This document shows, piece after piece, positions 45,170 to 56,257 of a stretch of DNA of 64,000 bases. The DNA comes from a virus (Duplodnaviria > Caudoviricetes), in the IMG/VR virus record IMGVR_UViG_3300034520_000068, positions 1,732 to 65,731 of that record; one strand, written 5' to 3'. The translations under genes and the position numbers were made by a program. How positions within the stretch are numbered: position 1 is the first letter of the stretch; each line of letters opens with the position of its first letter. The notes beneath the pieces were generated by a model. It did not search any database. It had not been told where the DNA came from and was given only the letters and a program-made list of their open reading frames with translations.

Positions 45170-45901
45170 CCGGCTACTGCAAGCTTATGCCGAAGCCCGT
45201 GGCGAAGAACGGGTAAAGATACTTGCGAAGCTGGCCGTAATGGATGAGGAGGCGACCATGATTGATAAAACAAAAGCCAAAGATAAAAATAGACCTTCTA
45301 CCTGGAATTAAAATAAAAGTCATAGATAGCGATAAAAGAAAAAGCATGCACGAAAGCCGCAAATTTAATGCTACCGTTTTGAAAGAATACAAAGACTATT
45401 GGCTGGTGCAAAACGAAAGCGGCTACCGGGAATGCCTGAGCAAAAGGCTGATTGAAACCGGGCATATAAAAATACATGCGGAGGAATGAATCATGAACAA
45501 ACATCACAATCCCGGCCAGCTTGTAGTAACCAAATTTAAGCCCAAACCCTGCAAGCGGTGCAAAAAAATGTTTCGGCCTATAGCGGCAGGGCAGTTATAC
45601 TGCAGCTTATGCAGGAGAGCGAGGGCGAAGGGACATGCAGTATAACGACAAATGGAAACTCCGACCCCCGGAATTGATAATCGCATTGGATGACCTTGAT
45701 TTCTCCTTCATACCGGAAGAAGCCGAAACAACAAAACAAATGTGGCTAGAGGGGAAACATATAGCAGATATAGCGGAAAAACTCAAGAGAGATATGGATG
45801 AGGTTGCTATCTTAATCATGCATATGGCCCGAAATGGAGAAATTGAACGACGAAAAACCGGAGTGTTTGGCATTTAAAATAATCAAAAGGAGCGATGAAT
45901 T

Positions 45902-46261
45902 ATGAATAAAGCATTTCTCATTGGCCGCATAACAAGAGACCTTGAACTTAAATACACAACTGGTGGAACTGCCGTTACGAATTTTACGATAGCAGTTGAT
46001 AGATACAGAAAAGGCAGCGAACAGGAAGCAGACTTCATACCCATTGTAGTGTTCGGTAAGACAGCGGAAGCCTGTGCCAACAATCTTGGTAAAGGACGAT
46101 TGGTAGCAGTCTCAGGCAGGATACAGACCAGAAGCTACGAAGGGCAAAACGGAAAACGGCATGTAACAGAAATTATAGCCGACGAAGTGCAATTCCTGGA
46201 CAGGCCCAAAAGCGACGCATCCGAAGAAGGGCAAGAATATCCCGAAGAAGCACCGTTTTAA
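45902..46261 (+). CDS. ssb: Single-stranded DNA-binding protein
   Basis: MNKAFLIGRIT.D.EL.YT, ADFI..V.FGK.AE, GRIQTRSY, acidic PF tail. Confidence 0.95.
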   Translation: MNKAFLIGRITRDLELKYTTGGTAVTNFTIAVDRYRKGSEQEADFIPIVVFGKTAEACANNLGKGRLVAVSGRIQTRSYEGQNGKRHVTEIIADEVQFLDRPKSDASEEGQEYPEEAPF

Positions 46262-46363
46262 GGAGGGTTGATTATGTGGCTGTGGGTAATCATGAGCTTT
46301 TATGTGAGCTTCTTTTTCGGCCTGTTCATAATAGCCTTGCTGAAAGCGGGAGGCGAGGACTAA

Positions 46364-47119
46364 TTGCTGATTGAAAACACAATTTTTGGTATGCGAGATA
46401 AAGTCAAAATAGCCATAGAAAGGCTAAAAGAATACGAACCTCCTGAAGGCTACTATCTAGCCTTTAGCGGCGGCAAGGATTCGCAAACAGTATACGAACT
46501 TGCCAAAATAGCCGGAGTGAAATTCGATGCACACATGAACCTGACCAGCGTGGACCCGCCGGAAGTAATCGAATTCGTGAAGAAAAATTATCCCGAGGTT
46601 GAACTGCACAGGCCGAAGAAAACAATGTTTCAGCTTATCATTGAAAATAAAACACCGCCAACAAGATTAATGCGGTATTGTTGTAGAGAAATAAAAGAAG
46701 TTGGGGGTTCAGGCAGATTCGTTATAACAGGAATAAGGGCACAGGAAAGCACAAAGCGGGCTAAAAGGCGAATGGTTGAAGTATGCATGACCGATACAAC
46801 AAAAAGATATATACATCCGATATTCGATTGGAGCGAAAGCGATGTATGGGATTTTATCAGAAGCAGGAATTTAGCATATTGCAAACTTTATGACGAAGGC
46901 TGGAAAAGAATCGGATGTTTAGCCTGCCCGATGGCTTCGGAAAGAGAAAGGGAATTCCATCTGCAAATATACCCACAATACAAAAAAGCTTATTTAAGGG
47001 CATTTGAGATTATGCTAAAAGCCAAAGGGAATGATGTTGAAACTCCTGAACAATTTATGCACTGGTGGATATACGGGCAAGAGAAAATCCCAGAAGGGCA
47101 ATTCTCAATATTTGATTAA
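46364..47119 (+). CDS. PAPS-reductase-family protein
   Basis: AFSGGKDS, RYCC, GIRAQES..R, RIGCLACP. Confidence 0.88.
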   Translation: MLIENTIFGMRDKVKIAIERLKEYEPPEGYYLAFSGGKDSQTVYELAKIAGVKFDAHMNLTSVDPPEVIEFVKKNYPEVELHRPKKTMFQLIIENKTPPTRLMRYCCREIKEVGGSGRFVITGIRAQESTKRAKRRMVEVCMTDTTKRYIHPIFDWSESDVWDFIRSRNLAYCKLYDEGWKRIGCLACPMASEREREFHLQIYPQYKKAYLRAFEIMLKAKGNDVETPEQFMHWWIYGQEKIPEGQFSIFD

Positions 47120-47267
47120 CCCTCACTCATAAAATCAATCCTAACGCACAGAAATAGGGTAAATTGGGGCGAAAGTTCCCAAATAGTTATAAATATATCC
47201 CGAAATAATAAAGCCGTTTTAAAAGGCAATTTTGAGGGGGAGAAATTTAAATTGAGAAGGTGAGAGA

Positions 47268-47753
47268 TTGATATTGGCGATAGACCCCGGCAACATCGAA
47301 TCCGCTTATGTGATACTGGATAGAGATTTGAAGCCTATTGAGTTTGGGAAAGTTGAAAACAATAAACTGCTTCCTGTTATTGACAATGCTGAAATAATCG
47401 GCGTTAAAAGCATGGCAACAGAAATGGTAGCTTCTTATGGTATGCCTGTAGGAGCGGAAGTTTTTGAAACCGTATTGTGGATAGGTCGTTTCTGGGAAAG
47501 GGCTGTGAAAAAAGGCTATGAAGTCGTAAAAATATACCGCAAAGATGTGAAAATGAATCTATGCCACAGCATGAACGCCAAAGATGGAAACATAATACAG
47601 GCACTTATAGACCGTTTTGCTTATGGCGTGTCGAACAGGGGCAAGGGTACAAAGAAAAATCCGGGATGGTTTTATGGATTCAAGAATGATATATGGCAAG
47701 CTTATGCGATTGGCGTGACATATTATGACCTGTATGTTGCAAAAGAAAATTAG
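47268..47753 (+). CDS. RuvC-like Holliday junction resolvase
   Basis: ILAIDPG, E, K and D..QAYA motifs. Confidence 0.7.
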   Translation: MILAIDPGNIESAYVILDRDLKPIEFGKVENNKLLPVIDNAEIIGVKSMATEMVASYGMPVGAEVFETVLWIGRFWERAVKKGYEVVKIYRKDVKMNLCHSMNAKDGNIIQALIDRFAYGVSNRGKGTKKNPGWFYGFKNDIWQAYAIGVTYYDLYVAKEN

Positions 47754-47769
47754 AAAGCGAGGGCAAAAA

Positions 47770-48045
47770 ATGAAAGAAGATAAAATCCTAGTGGAATGTA
47801 AGTGCGGTAGCGAAGGGATAACCGTGGAACATTTTGATGACGAGATATATCTTTCATTCTGGATTGATACATGGTATGCCGAACAGAAAAGCTTTTTAGA
47901 AGAAATATTAAAGCGACTTAAGATAGCGTGGACAATATTAAGAAAGGGCATGTATTTATATCAAGAAATAATACTTACAAAAGACGAAGCAAAAAGACTA
48001 TACGAATATTTGGGGAAAGTGACAGAACAAAAAATCAATTCCTGA
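47770..48045 (+). CDS. Hypothetical protein
   Basis: Start MKEDKI after GAGG. Confidence 0.55.
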   Translation: MKEDKILVECKCGSEGITVEHFDDEIYLSFWIDTWYAEQKSFLEEILKRLKIAWTILRKGMYLYQEIILTKDEAKRLYEYLGKVTEQKINS

Positions 48046-48062
48046 GCAAAGGGGGTAATTGG

Positions 48063-48614
48063 TTGAACTACATATCCTATCAAGAAGCCGAGAAACTGTT
48101 TGAAGTCTGGCCCATGCTTGAGCGAATAAAAGAAAACTCAGCAATCGAAACCAAATTAATCGAAGCGGTAAAAAACGAGAATATTGACGAATGGATATAC
48201 AGCCTGGCAATCGGCAACAAAGTATTGGACGACCTGCCGCATCCGCATACAAACTCAAGCCCGACAGAAAGAATTGCCATGAGCTATGCAAAAACAATAG
48301 AACACGAACTGCTAGACACAAGCGAAGAAGTCAAAAAAGAAATAATGCTGCTATTTTTGGTAGATATAAAGCTCAAAATAGCCTTCGATGGCCTGACACC
48401 ATTGCAGCAAAAGATATTAAAACTATTCTACTGGGAGAAAAAGACATGGGCTGAAATACTTTCGCAGCTTGCTAAGGAAAAGGAATATTTAAGCAAACAT
48501 CAGGCACAGGTCCAACGGAAGGAAGGCATAAGGCGATTAGCAATTACATCAAGGATTACGGTAAAGGTGTATGAGGATGTAATGAGGATAATTGAGAGGG
48601 GAGAAGGAAAATGA
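48063..48614 (+). CDS. Sigma-70 region 4 / ArpU-like transcription regulator
   Basis: LTPLQQKILKLFYWEKKTW.EI...L; candidate late activator. Confidence 0.6.
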   Translation: MNYISYQEAEKLFEVWPMLERIKENSAIETKLIEAVKNENIDEWIYSLAIGNKVLDDLPHPHTNSSPTERIAMSYAKTIEHELLDTSEEVKKEIMLLFLVDIKLKIAFDGLTPLQQKILKLFYWEKKTWAEILSQLAKEKEYLSKHQAQVQRKEGIRRLAITSRITVKVYEDVMRIIERGEGK

Positions 48615-49063
48615 GAGGATATTGCGCTATAGGAATTGAAAATTGCAAGGATGAGAAAAACATAGGCACTCTTTTCCGCACAGCATATATATTTGGTGCT
48701 AATTATATATTCACTATCAACAAGCGATATACTGGCCAATGTTCTGATACGCCAAAGTCATGGAGGCATATACCTTTATTCAATTATCCAACCTTTGAAG
48801 ACTTCTATAATCACATGCCTTATGACTGCCGATTGGTCGGGGTTGAACTGGACGATAGGGCGCAATGGTTAAAATCATTCGTTCATCCAGAAAGATGTAT
48901 TTATCTTTTGGGTGCAGAAGACCACGGATTAAGTAAAAAGGCATTGGAAAGATGCCATTACTTGGTAAAAATACCTGGTAATATATCGTTAAATGTCAGT
49001 GTTGCAGGTAGTATAGTGCTTTACGACAGAATTGCAAAAGCAACGGGAGGCGAGAATGCATGA
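48611..49063 (+). CDS. SpoU/TrmH-family RNA 2'-O-methyltransferase
   Basis: NIGTLFRTA..FGA, LGAEDHGL, IPG..SLNVSVAGSIVLY. Confidence 0.9.
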   Translation: MRGYCAIGIENCKDEKNIGTLFRTAYIFGANYIFTINKRYTGQCSDTPKSWRHIPLFNYPTFEDFYNHMPYDCRLVGVELDDRAQWLKSFVHPERCIYLLGAEDHGLSKKALERCHYLVKIPGNISLNVSVAGSIVLYDRIAKATGGENA

Positions 49064-51202
49064 TAACTTTCATGTATACGTGGGTAATAGTCAGCTTATT
49101 AGTGTCGTTGCCGCTTTTGTGGTTTATATTTATCAGAGTAATGTTTAAAGGAAGCTATGAAATCGAAGGTTTTTTTGCAACAGCCTATGTTATTAGCGTA
49201 ACGTTATCTCCAATAATGAACATAGCGACGAATATATTTTTCGGGTATTTGTTGCTGAGAGTAAGCGGGATTATAAGATGACAAGGAAAGCGAGGTCGAA
49301 CACGATGCCAGATATTAGGAAAATATTAGCAAAATGCAATATAAAGCGGTTTGGCTATGTACATGAAAATTTGCTTGAAGCTGACATAAAAAATGGCTGT
49401 GGAATCCTCAAAATAACGGTAGACCCTGAAACAGCAAGGAATTTGCAAATAGCAAGTTTAAACGGAAAACTCAAAGAAGGCGTATTGTTGCTTGTGGTAG
49501 ATGCACAGGAGTTTAATAAGGCGTTTGAGGAGTTGAAGGAAAGCGAGGGCGAGGAAGGATGAAAACACTATTAAATGCAGTTATTTTAGCTTTAAGTGTG
49601 ACCTGTCTAACTGTCTTTATAGTATACACAAGAAATATAACACCAGAAACACCAATGTTTAATACACTGAAGACTATAGCATATGGTTGGACTGGATTAT
49701 ACTTGCTGAGGCTATACTGGAAAGAAAGCGAGGGCGAACACGATGGCTAAAGCGATATTGGAGTTGGAGATGCCGGAAAGCTGTAGAGGTGGATGTCCAT
49801 TTTATAAGATTTGCGATATTTGTGATATATTATCCGCTTGGAATCATCATATGCCTGTATATACGCCAAGCGAAGGCAGACGGGCAGACTGCCCATTGAT
49901 AGACAAAGATGAGTTTTTGAAGAAGCATTATTTTTAGGGGGGAATAACATGAGATTAAGCAATGAACAATTGAAACATATAAAGAAATGGTTTGCCGACT
50001 GTGAAGAAAAAGACTACATTCCTGAAAACGGCCTTACAATAGGCGGTTTGCTTGATACCATAGAATTTTTGCAACAGGAGAATGAGCAGCTTAAAGCACA
50101 AGCGGCAGTAATGAGAGAAGCTCTAAAAAGTATATACTATGGGCCATACCAAATGCATAAAGGCTATGTAGAAATACTTGAAGAAGCCCTCTCCACCGAT
50201 GCAGGCAAAGATTATCATAATCCGACAGATATTGAGGCATTAAAGAAAGCAAGGGAAGCACTGGGGCAAGCGACATACACTGAAGAATTATTACCGGATT
50301 GGAAATACAAGAAGATTGTGTATGAAGCCATACGAGCCATAGATAAAGCGATTGGAGGCAGTCAGCATGAAAACAAAATATAAATACCTGGTGTTTGAAA
50401 AGGCAGCTCAACAGTCACCCAAAACATCAGTTTGGGAGTGCAAAAACGCCAAAAGCGGGACGGTGTTAGGTATAGTCAAATGGTATGGCCCCTGGCGGCA
50501 GTATTGTTACTTCCCGACGGTACAGGCGGTTTATAGTGCTGGATGCTTAAATGATATGGCAGATTTTATAAACCAATTAGAGATGATTGGAGGCGGTCAG
50601 GATGACTGAGCAAAAAGACAAACGTTGTGGAACATGCAGGCATTGTGTTGAAACAAAAGGAAAAGACGGCCTGCCGAAAACTTACTGCCGGTTGAACGGC
50701 CACAAAAGGGACAAAGATGACATGCAAGATTGTTTAGGGTGGAAGGAGAGGAAATAAATGTCAAAGTGCGATACATGTGCAAATCTGGAAGAAATAAATT
50801 GGGAATGGAACAATTCGGTTTATAATGATTGGGTTTGCAGGGCAAGAAAAGATGTGAATAATAGGGAAGACGATTATTTTCCTGCAAGAGTAAAGAAATG
50901 CAATTATTACAAAATAATAAGAAGGAGGCAAGAGCATGAACGATACGATTGAATTTGAACGCAAATACTTTGTAATTAAAATTGATGATGCGAATAAATA
51001 TCTTAATGATGGTTACAGATTTTTACTTGCTGACTGTTTAATTAGAATAGAAGAAGGCAGGCGCAAAGACGGTAAAAAAACTATGAATAATTATCTTGTA
51101 ATCAATACAGATGAATCATATGCTAGCGAGATAGCCGAAATAATGAAAACGCATGGACACTATACTCCTGGCGGAGAAATAAAAGTAAATATTTCAAAAT
51201 AA
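49060..51202 (+). other. Cluster of short hypothetical CDSs (49060, 49278, 49559, 49743, 49949, 50367, 50758, 50936)
   Basis: Tightly coupled ORFs with RBSs; two are hydrophobic; no function recognised. Confidence 0.6.
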
Positions 51203-51214
51203 AGCGAAGGAGGC

Positions 51215-51628
51215 ATGACCATGACAAAAGAAGAAATCCTGGGCATGAAGCCTGGCAGAGAGCTTGATATATTAGTAGCAGAAAAAGTTTTGGGCTGGCG
51301 TAGGGTAGAAGGACCGCACTATGATTATAACGGACCTTGCGAATACGGCGATGTGCTGATACCGCCAGATATGAGCGAGGATGAAGCCTTTGCCATGATA
51401 CCACCAATAGGTAAGGTGCCGTTAGGATATTTTATAACTGAAAGGTATTCCACCGACATATCGGCGGCATGGGAAATAATCGAGAAATTTCCCATGTTTG
51501 AGATAGAAAAAAATGGTGACGGAATATGGTGCGTATTGATGGATGATAAATGGAAAAGATTTGTAGGCTATGGAGAGACGGCACCTGAAGCCATTGCAAA
51601 AGCCACATTGCTGGCGAAGGAGGCTTAA
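51215..51628 (+). CDS. Phage ABA-sandwich-like domain protein
   Basis: RELD..VAEKV.GW, YSTDI.AAW.I.EK, TAPEAI.KA.L. Confidence 0.75.
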   Translation: MTMTKEEILGMKPGRELDILVAEKVLGWRRVEGPHYDYNGPCEYGDVLIPPDMSEDEAFAMIPPIGKVPLGYFITERYSTDISAAWEIIEKFPMFEIEKNGDGIWCVLMDDKWKRFVGYGETAPEAIAKATLLAKEA

Positions 51629-51629
51629 A

Positions 51630-51905
51630 ATGATAAGAAACGACACAATAGTTTACTTTGGCAACGGAAACGTGATAATCAACATCGGCAGAAGAGAAGG
51701 ACAAGATAAGCCCAGTGCCATAATATTCAGGAATTCAAGAAAATCTTTTGAAATTGGTGCAAAAGGAGAAGAACTGGAAGAATATGCAACAAAAGATACA
51801 CGGGTGGTGTTGGATTTCGGCAATGTGGAATCCTTGAATGTTGTGTTAAAAAGATTAAATGAGTTAAAAATGGCAATGGAAGAGGAAAAAAAGGAGAAGA
51901 AGTAA
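51630..51905 (+). CDS. Hypothetical protein
   Basis: GGAGG RBS, start MIRNDT. Confidence 0.6.
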   Translation: MIRNDTIVYFGNGNVIINIGRREGQDKPSAIIFRNSRKSFEIGAKGEELEEYATKDTRVVLDFGNVESLNVVLKRLNELKMAMEEEKKEKK

Positions 51906-51926
51906 AAAAGGGGTGCAAAGCCCCTT

Positions 51927-52109
51927 TCAATGCCAAAATAATGTATTTCCGCAACTAACAACGATACGCATTATTATTATGGCAAGCGGAATCATAACAA
52001 TAAAAAATAAAATCGTAGAACTTGTACTCATTGGAATTCTGTGACCACAATGTGGGCATACCTCTGCGTTATCAGCAATCATCTCGCCACAGGAATCACA
52101 TTTTTTCAT
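51927..52109 (-). CDS. Zinc-ribbon membrane protein
   Basis: CDSCG.....A..CPHCG plus a TM helix. Confidence 0.7.
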   Translation of the reverse strand: MKKCDSCGEMIADNAEVCPHCGHRIPMSTSSTILFFIVMIPLAIIIMRIVVSCGNTLFWH

Positions 52110-52385
52110 CTTAATATCCCCCTTTTTTCTTCAATCTTATCGAAAAATTGGCAATAATGCAATGCAAAAATTTCCATTTCGATTATAACGCACAAAAATG
52201 GGGATTATAGCCGATATTATTTTCGTAGAATTAAATGGTCATGAACGAATAAAAACCCGCTAAAAAAGGCAAGCTAGGCGTTGGGAAAAGGGTATAAAAA
52301 ATTTCCATTTGGAAGCCCAAGAATCATTTGACAAATTTTTCAAACAAATATATAATAAAATCAAAAATGGAGGCGAAGGGAAATT

Positions 52386-53030
52386 ATGCTAAAGAGATAT
52401 AGACAATTCCTTATCGGCTTTCTTCTTGGTGCATTATTATTCAGCATAATCCCAGTCAGTGCGGCGGTACAGGAGTATATCCTCACAAAGTCCGAAACGA
52501 AAATCATCGTTGACGGAACCGAATTTACGGACGATAGCCTGCCAGTATTGAACTATAAGGGATATAATTACATTCCTGCCGCAGTATTCAAAGGCATATG
52601 TGCGAAACTGGGATTAAGTTTTGAATGGGTGGGGGAGAAGAAGGAAATACAAATTCAGACGGGGAAGGGAGAGAAGGGTATGGCTACAACAGTAAAACAA
52701 CCTACAGTGATGTATGAGACGATTGGTGGGAAGGAATATATAAGTGCCGAAGATTTAAAAGCATACTGCAAGGAATTATACGGGAACAAATTCTCAGTTG
52801 GATATGGGAAAAGCGACCCAACCTGGGCAAATATATATAGCAGAAAAGGTCTTGAATCTGCCAGACAGTTAATATCAGATAACCCAAGGGCTACAAGCGA
52901 AGAAGAATTAATAAAATCCGGTGTAATGCTTGAATTGCCTATAGAGTTTATTAATGGCAAAATTTATATCACAAAAGAAACATTCGAGGATATTGTATTG
53001 CCGTTTATTGATAAGTGGGAAGCAAAATAA
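52386..53030 (+). CDS. Exported stalk/copper-amine-oxidase-N-like domain protein (moron)
   Basis: Signal peptide; IIVDG, LNYKG.NYIP......LG..FEW; own promoter (TTGACA..TATAAT near 52327-52356) and terminator. Confidence 0.7.
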   Translation: MLKRYRQFLIGFLLGALLFSIIPVSAAVQEYILTKSETKIIVDGTEFTDDSLPVLNYKGYNYIPAAVFKGICAKLGLSFEWVGEKKEIQIQTGKGEKGMATTVKQPTVMYETIGGKEYISAEDLKAYCKELYGNKFSVGYGKSDPTWANIYSRKGLESARQLISDNPRATSEEELIKSGVMLELPIEFINGKIYITKETFEDIVLPFIDKWEAK

Positions 53031-53062
53031 AAAAGGAGGTTCCAAGTCAGAACCTCCTTCAT
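53031..53062. terminator. Terminator between convergent genes
   Basis: AAGGAGGTTC-caagtca-GAACCTCCTT. Confidence 0.7.
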
Positions 53063-53065
53063 TTA

Positions 53066-55033
53066 TTAGTTATAGACGTAAAACAATCCATAACTACCCA
53101 ATTTGTCCAATATGCCGTTGATTTTGATTATCACATCTGACAAAGTAGCACTAGAAGACAACCGTTGCGCTGTTTGTTGGGAAACGGGAATTGCGCCAAA
53201 AAAGCCAATTTCATCATTAAAGCACCATCCACCATAAGCATATGTTATACAATAACTATTTCCTATAGTCATATCTATACTAGAATTAGGGTAAATATCA
53301 AATGTGCCGCTAGTTGCTTCTATGGTGCCCTTGATATCACCTCTATAATAAAAGTCAATCTTAGCCATTCCTATATCTATTAGTGCCCCATGGAATCTAT
53401 CGCTACTGTCTTTACAAGCGAACCACCAATTATCCATTTCTATTCTATCATACCCGGGCACATCGGTTCTTATCAAACTGCCTGTGATAGTGCCACCATT
53501 TATAATAACACCGTTTATAGTGCCGCCGTTTATAGTGCCGCCCGTAATGATAGGGCCTTCTATGCTTATAGTAGCCTTTATGGTTCCTGCCGTAATTTTA
53601 TCTGCCGACAAACTCACTATTTTTGCATCAGTAATCGTGGCATTAGCTATCTTTCCGCCAGTTATGGTAAGATTGGCAATATTGCTATTGGTAATGGTCA
53701 GACTGGCTATCTTACTACCTGTAATAGTTGCATTGGCAATCTTATCTGCCGTAATTGTGAGGTCTGCTATCTCATTGCTTGTAATCGTTCCTTTCACTAT
53801 TTTGTCTGCCGTAATAGCCAAGTTGGCAATCTTTTCCGTTGTTATAGTCAAATTTTCTATGCTTTGGCCACTTAATTTTCCAATGGAATTAAACACACTC
53901 CCCACAAAATCACTCGTATCAAAAGAAGCCTTCAAATCCTCAATAAGCCTTTCCTCCGGGTCGCCCAATTCAATTTCACAGTTCCAAGGTTGGAAAAGAT
54001 TATACCTGTGCCGCAGAATCCTTGGCCGGGGAGAATCGGGAGATACATCAGGGTCAATCACATCCGCCATATCGCCTACTGTAAAATCCTCATGATTATA
54101 TTCCGGCAAAGTGCGCAGGTCGGCAATCTTCACCTTATAGTTATATCTTGGCCGACAGTTCAATGCCAATTCTGCGGTTGCCTTATCCTTTAACTCCTGA
54201 GCATCGTAAATATCCTGATTTTTGTATATCCCCACATACGTCCGGGAGGTATAGCTGTAATTGGTGATATACTTCATGCCGCCGTTGACGGAAGCGATAT
54301 CCAAATTATCATGCCCGAAAGGATATATCTTTGTATAGATTTTATTCGACTGCGTCCTTGTAATATGCTTAAGGTTTTTCTTATACCGTATCTGAAAGCC
54401 GTTATAAGGCTGCCATATATCGCCCGAACGAAGGCTAACCGTCTTGTTTATGGAATCCCATACAAGATACCCGCCCCATATTTCCTGAATCTGTTTTATA
54501 AGCTCAAGCCTGCTTGCCTTCTCCATCTCTAAATCATGAATTCCGGGCACGTCTACAGTCCCTACAGACCATCCCGAACCGTTTAAAACCGCATAAAGCG
54601 CATGACCGGCAGTCCCTACCGCATATCTTCCACCGGATAAATCGGTACCGCCGCCAACAATTATTACCGTAAGGTCGGCAGGATTGGTGATAGTGGGGTC
54701 ATTGCAGATGTAAGGCTCCGGGAATTGGTAATCAAGGTCCATCCATCGCTCAACCGCCATTACCTTTGCCCAGAGCTTGTTATTTTCATCCCGGACTATG
54801 TCAATAGCATCGTCCTTGAGCAGGGAATAAACCCTGCCGCCAGCCCAAATCTGGCACTCCGGCGTAAGCTCCGCTAGCTTTTCGGATGTGGCCGGAAGCT
54901 GGAATTCCAGCGTGGATTCGCCGTTAAGCCTGCAATCCACATATACATCTTTTAATCCATCTGCTTTTGGAGATAAAAAAGCAGATATTTTGCCGTCTGC
55001 CGTTTTTATTTCAATATATTTAGGTATCTGCAT
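53066..55033 (-). CDS. Tail spike / baseplate hub protein (Tal-like) with decapeptide repeats
   Basis: After Dit; KKNL..I, T.IYP.G.D.L; ITADKIANLT-type repeats. Confidence 0.8.
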   Translation of the reverse strand: MQIPKYIEIKTADGKISAFLSPKADGLKDVYVDCRLNGESTLEFQLPATSEKLAELTPECQIWAGGRVYSLLKDDAIDIVRDENNKLWAKVMAVERWMDLDYQFPEPYICNDPTITNPADLTVIIVGGGTDLSGGRYAVGTAGHALYAVLNGSGWSVGTVDVPGIHDLEMEKASRLELIKQIQEIWGGYLVWDSINKTVSLRSGDIWQPYNGFQIRYKKNLKHITRTQSNKIYTKIYPFGHDNLDIASVNGGMKYITNYSYTSRTYVGIYKNQDIYDAQELKDKATAELALNCRPRYNYKVKIADLRTLPEYNHEDFTVGDMADVIDPDVSPDSPRPRILRHRYNLFQPWNCEIELGDPEERLIEDLKASFDTSDFVGSVFNSIGKLSGQSIENLTITTEKIANLAITADKIVKGTITSNEIADLTITADKIANATITGSKIASLTITNSNIANLTITGGKIANATITDAKIVSLSADKITAGTIKATISIEGPIITGGTINGGTINGVIINGGTITGSLIRTDVPGYDRIEMDNWWFACKDSSDRFHGALIDIGMAKIDFYYRGDIKGTIEATSGTFDIYPNSSIDMTIGNSYCITYAYGGWCFNDEIGFFGAIPVSQQTAQRLSSSATLSDVIIKINGILDKLGSYGLFYVYN

Positions 55034-55045
55034 TGTATCAACTCC

Positions 55046-55966
55046 CTATAGCCACCTATCTCTCCACTTTATCCTTGTTGTTGAAATGGAAGGAACAACC
55101 GATGCGCTTATTCCTGGTTGCAACATATAGTCGATGGCGCCTGAAACATTGGCTATCATATTGCTTGAGCCTATTTTTGCGGTCTGTGCGCCGGTATCAA
55201 TTACCAGCGTTTGGCCTGAGGCAATAGTGCCGATATATGAGATAATCGAAGTACCAATGGAAACTGTCGGATTATTCGCAGGCCCCGGAATCTCAATTAA
55301 TATCGGCGTCTCAAAAGTGCCAGAATTGACGATAACTCCTGCACCCGTCTGTATATGCTGTTCTCTGCTTTCGATGAACGGCTGGCACATCTTAAAAGGT
55401 ATGGTAAACTCCATCCAGTCGGCATATTTTGTCAGGTCGATTTTGCCCGCATACTTAACCTCATACTGCACGTCGATGTCGTCAAGAAATACCAGTTTCT
55501 TTGTTCCTGAAACCGGATTGAGATACTTCGCTATCGTGCGTTTCAACTGCTCCTTTTGCAGGGTAGTAAGGCCGTCCGGTGTAGCAACGTGCAGTTCAAT
55601 GGCCCTCGCCTTGAATTCACTCCCGAAGTCAATCTCGCCATGCCTGCCGGGTATTTCTTCAGTCATATCCCTTGTTTGCGGCATAAGCTCATGTCTGCTG
55701 TCACGAAGGACAATTACACCCAAAGGATTCAAATCGCCTTCGCATGTCATGACAAAATACGCATCGGCAGGGAATTGGCTCAAATCGCTGATAGAATCAA
55801 CACCTGAACCCGAATCCGATACAGACATGCTTGCAAGGATGGAAATAAGTTCCTGCCCCAGTGCCGCGTCGGAGACTTCGATAATGTAATAAGCGGCGGA
55901 GTTGTAGTTTGCCCCGCCGCCTTTCACGCCTGCGTTGTATAGGACGCCTGAATTATAATTTGCCAT
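55046..55966 (-). CDS. Distal tail protein (Dit)
   Basis: EIPGR.G, L.F.DD....Y, F....PF, N.GT.ETP..I.I.G. Confidence 0.8.
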   Translation of the reverse strand: MANYNSGVLYNAGVKGGGANYNSAAYYIIEVSDAALGQELISILASMSVSDSGSGVDSISDLSQFPADAYFVMTCEGDLNPLGVIVLRDSRHELMPQTRDMTEEIPGRHGEIDFGSEFKARAIELHVATPDGLTTLQKEQLKRTIAKYLNPVSGTKKLVFLDDIDVQYEVKYAGKIDLTKYADWMEFTIPFKMCQPFIESREQHIQTGAGVIVNSGTFETPILIEIPGPANNPTVSIGTSIISYIGTIASGQTLVIDTGAQTAKIGSSNMIANVSGAIDYMLQPGISASVVPSISTTRIKWRDRWL

Positions 55967-56009
55967 AAAAAAGACCTCCTTTCGGAGAGGGGTGTTACAT
56001 ATAATAAGT

Positions 56010-56246
56010 CTACTGTGCATTTACCTTTTGTTGCCAAGCTGATATTATTTCTGGAGTCCAATAATTGTAAATTAGTTGCTTAAATGTTGTATTACCTATA
56101 TAAGTTTCTACAGCTTGGTTATCCCCTGGTTGAATAGCCCTCGCAAAGTTATAATCTATATATCCGTCATCATATTTTACTATCGCAATTAACTCAATTT
56201 GCCCATCCTCACGAATATTAATTGATTTTGTTTTTATAACTTCCAC
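56010..56246 (-). CDS. Small tail-associated protein
   Basis: 78 aa; WTPEII.AW motif; follows fibre-like gene. Confidence 0.5.
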   Translation of the reverse strand: MEVIKTKSINIREDGQIELIAIVKYDDGYIDYNFARAIQPGDNQAVETYIGNTTFKQLIYNYWTPEIISAWQQKVNAQ

Positions 56247-56257
56247 ATTAATCCCTC

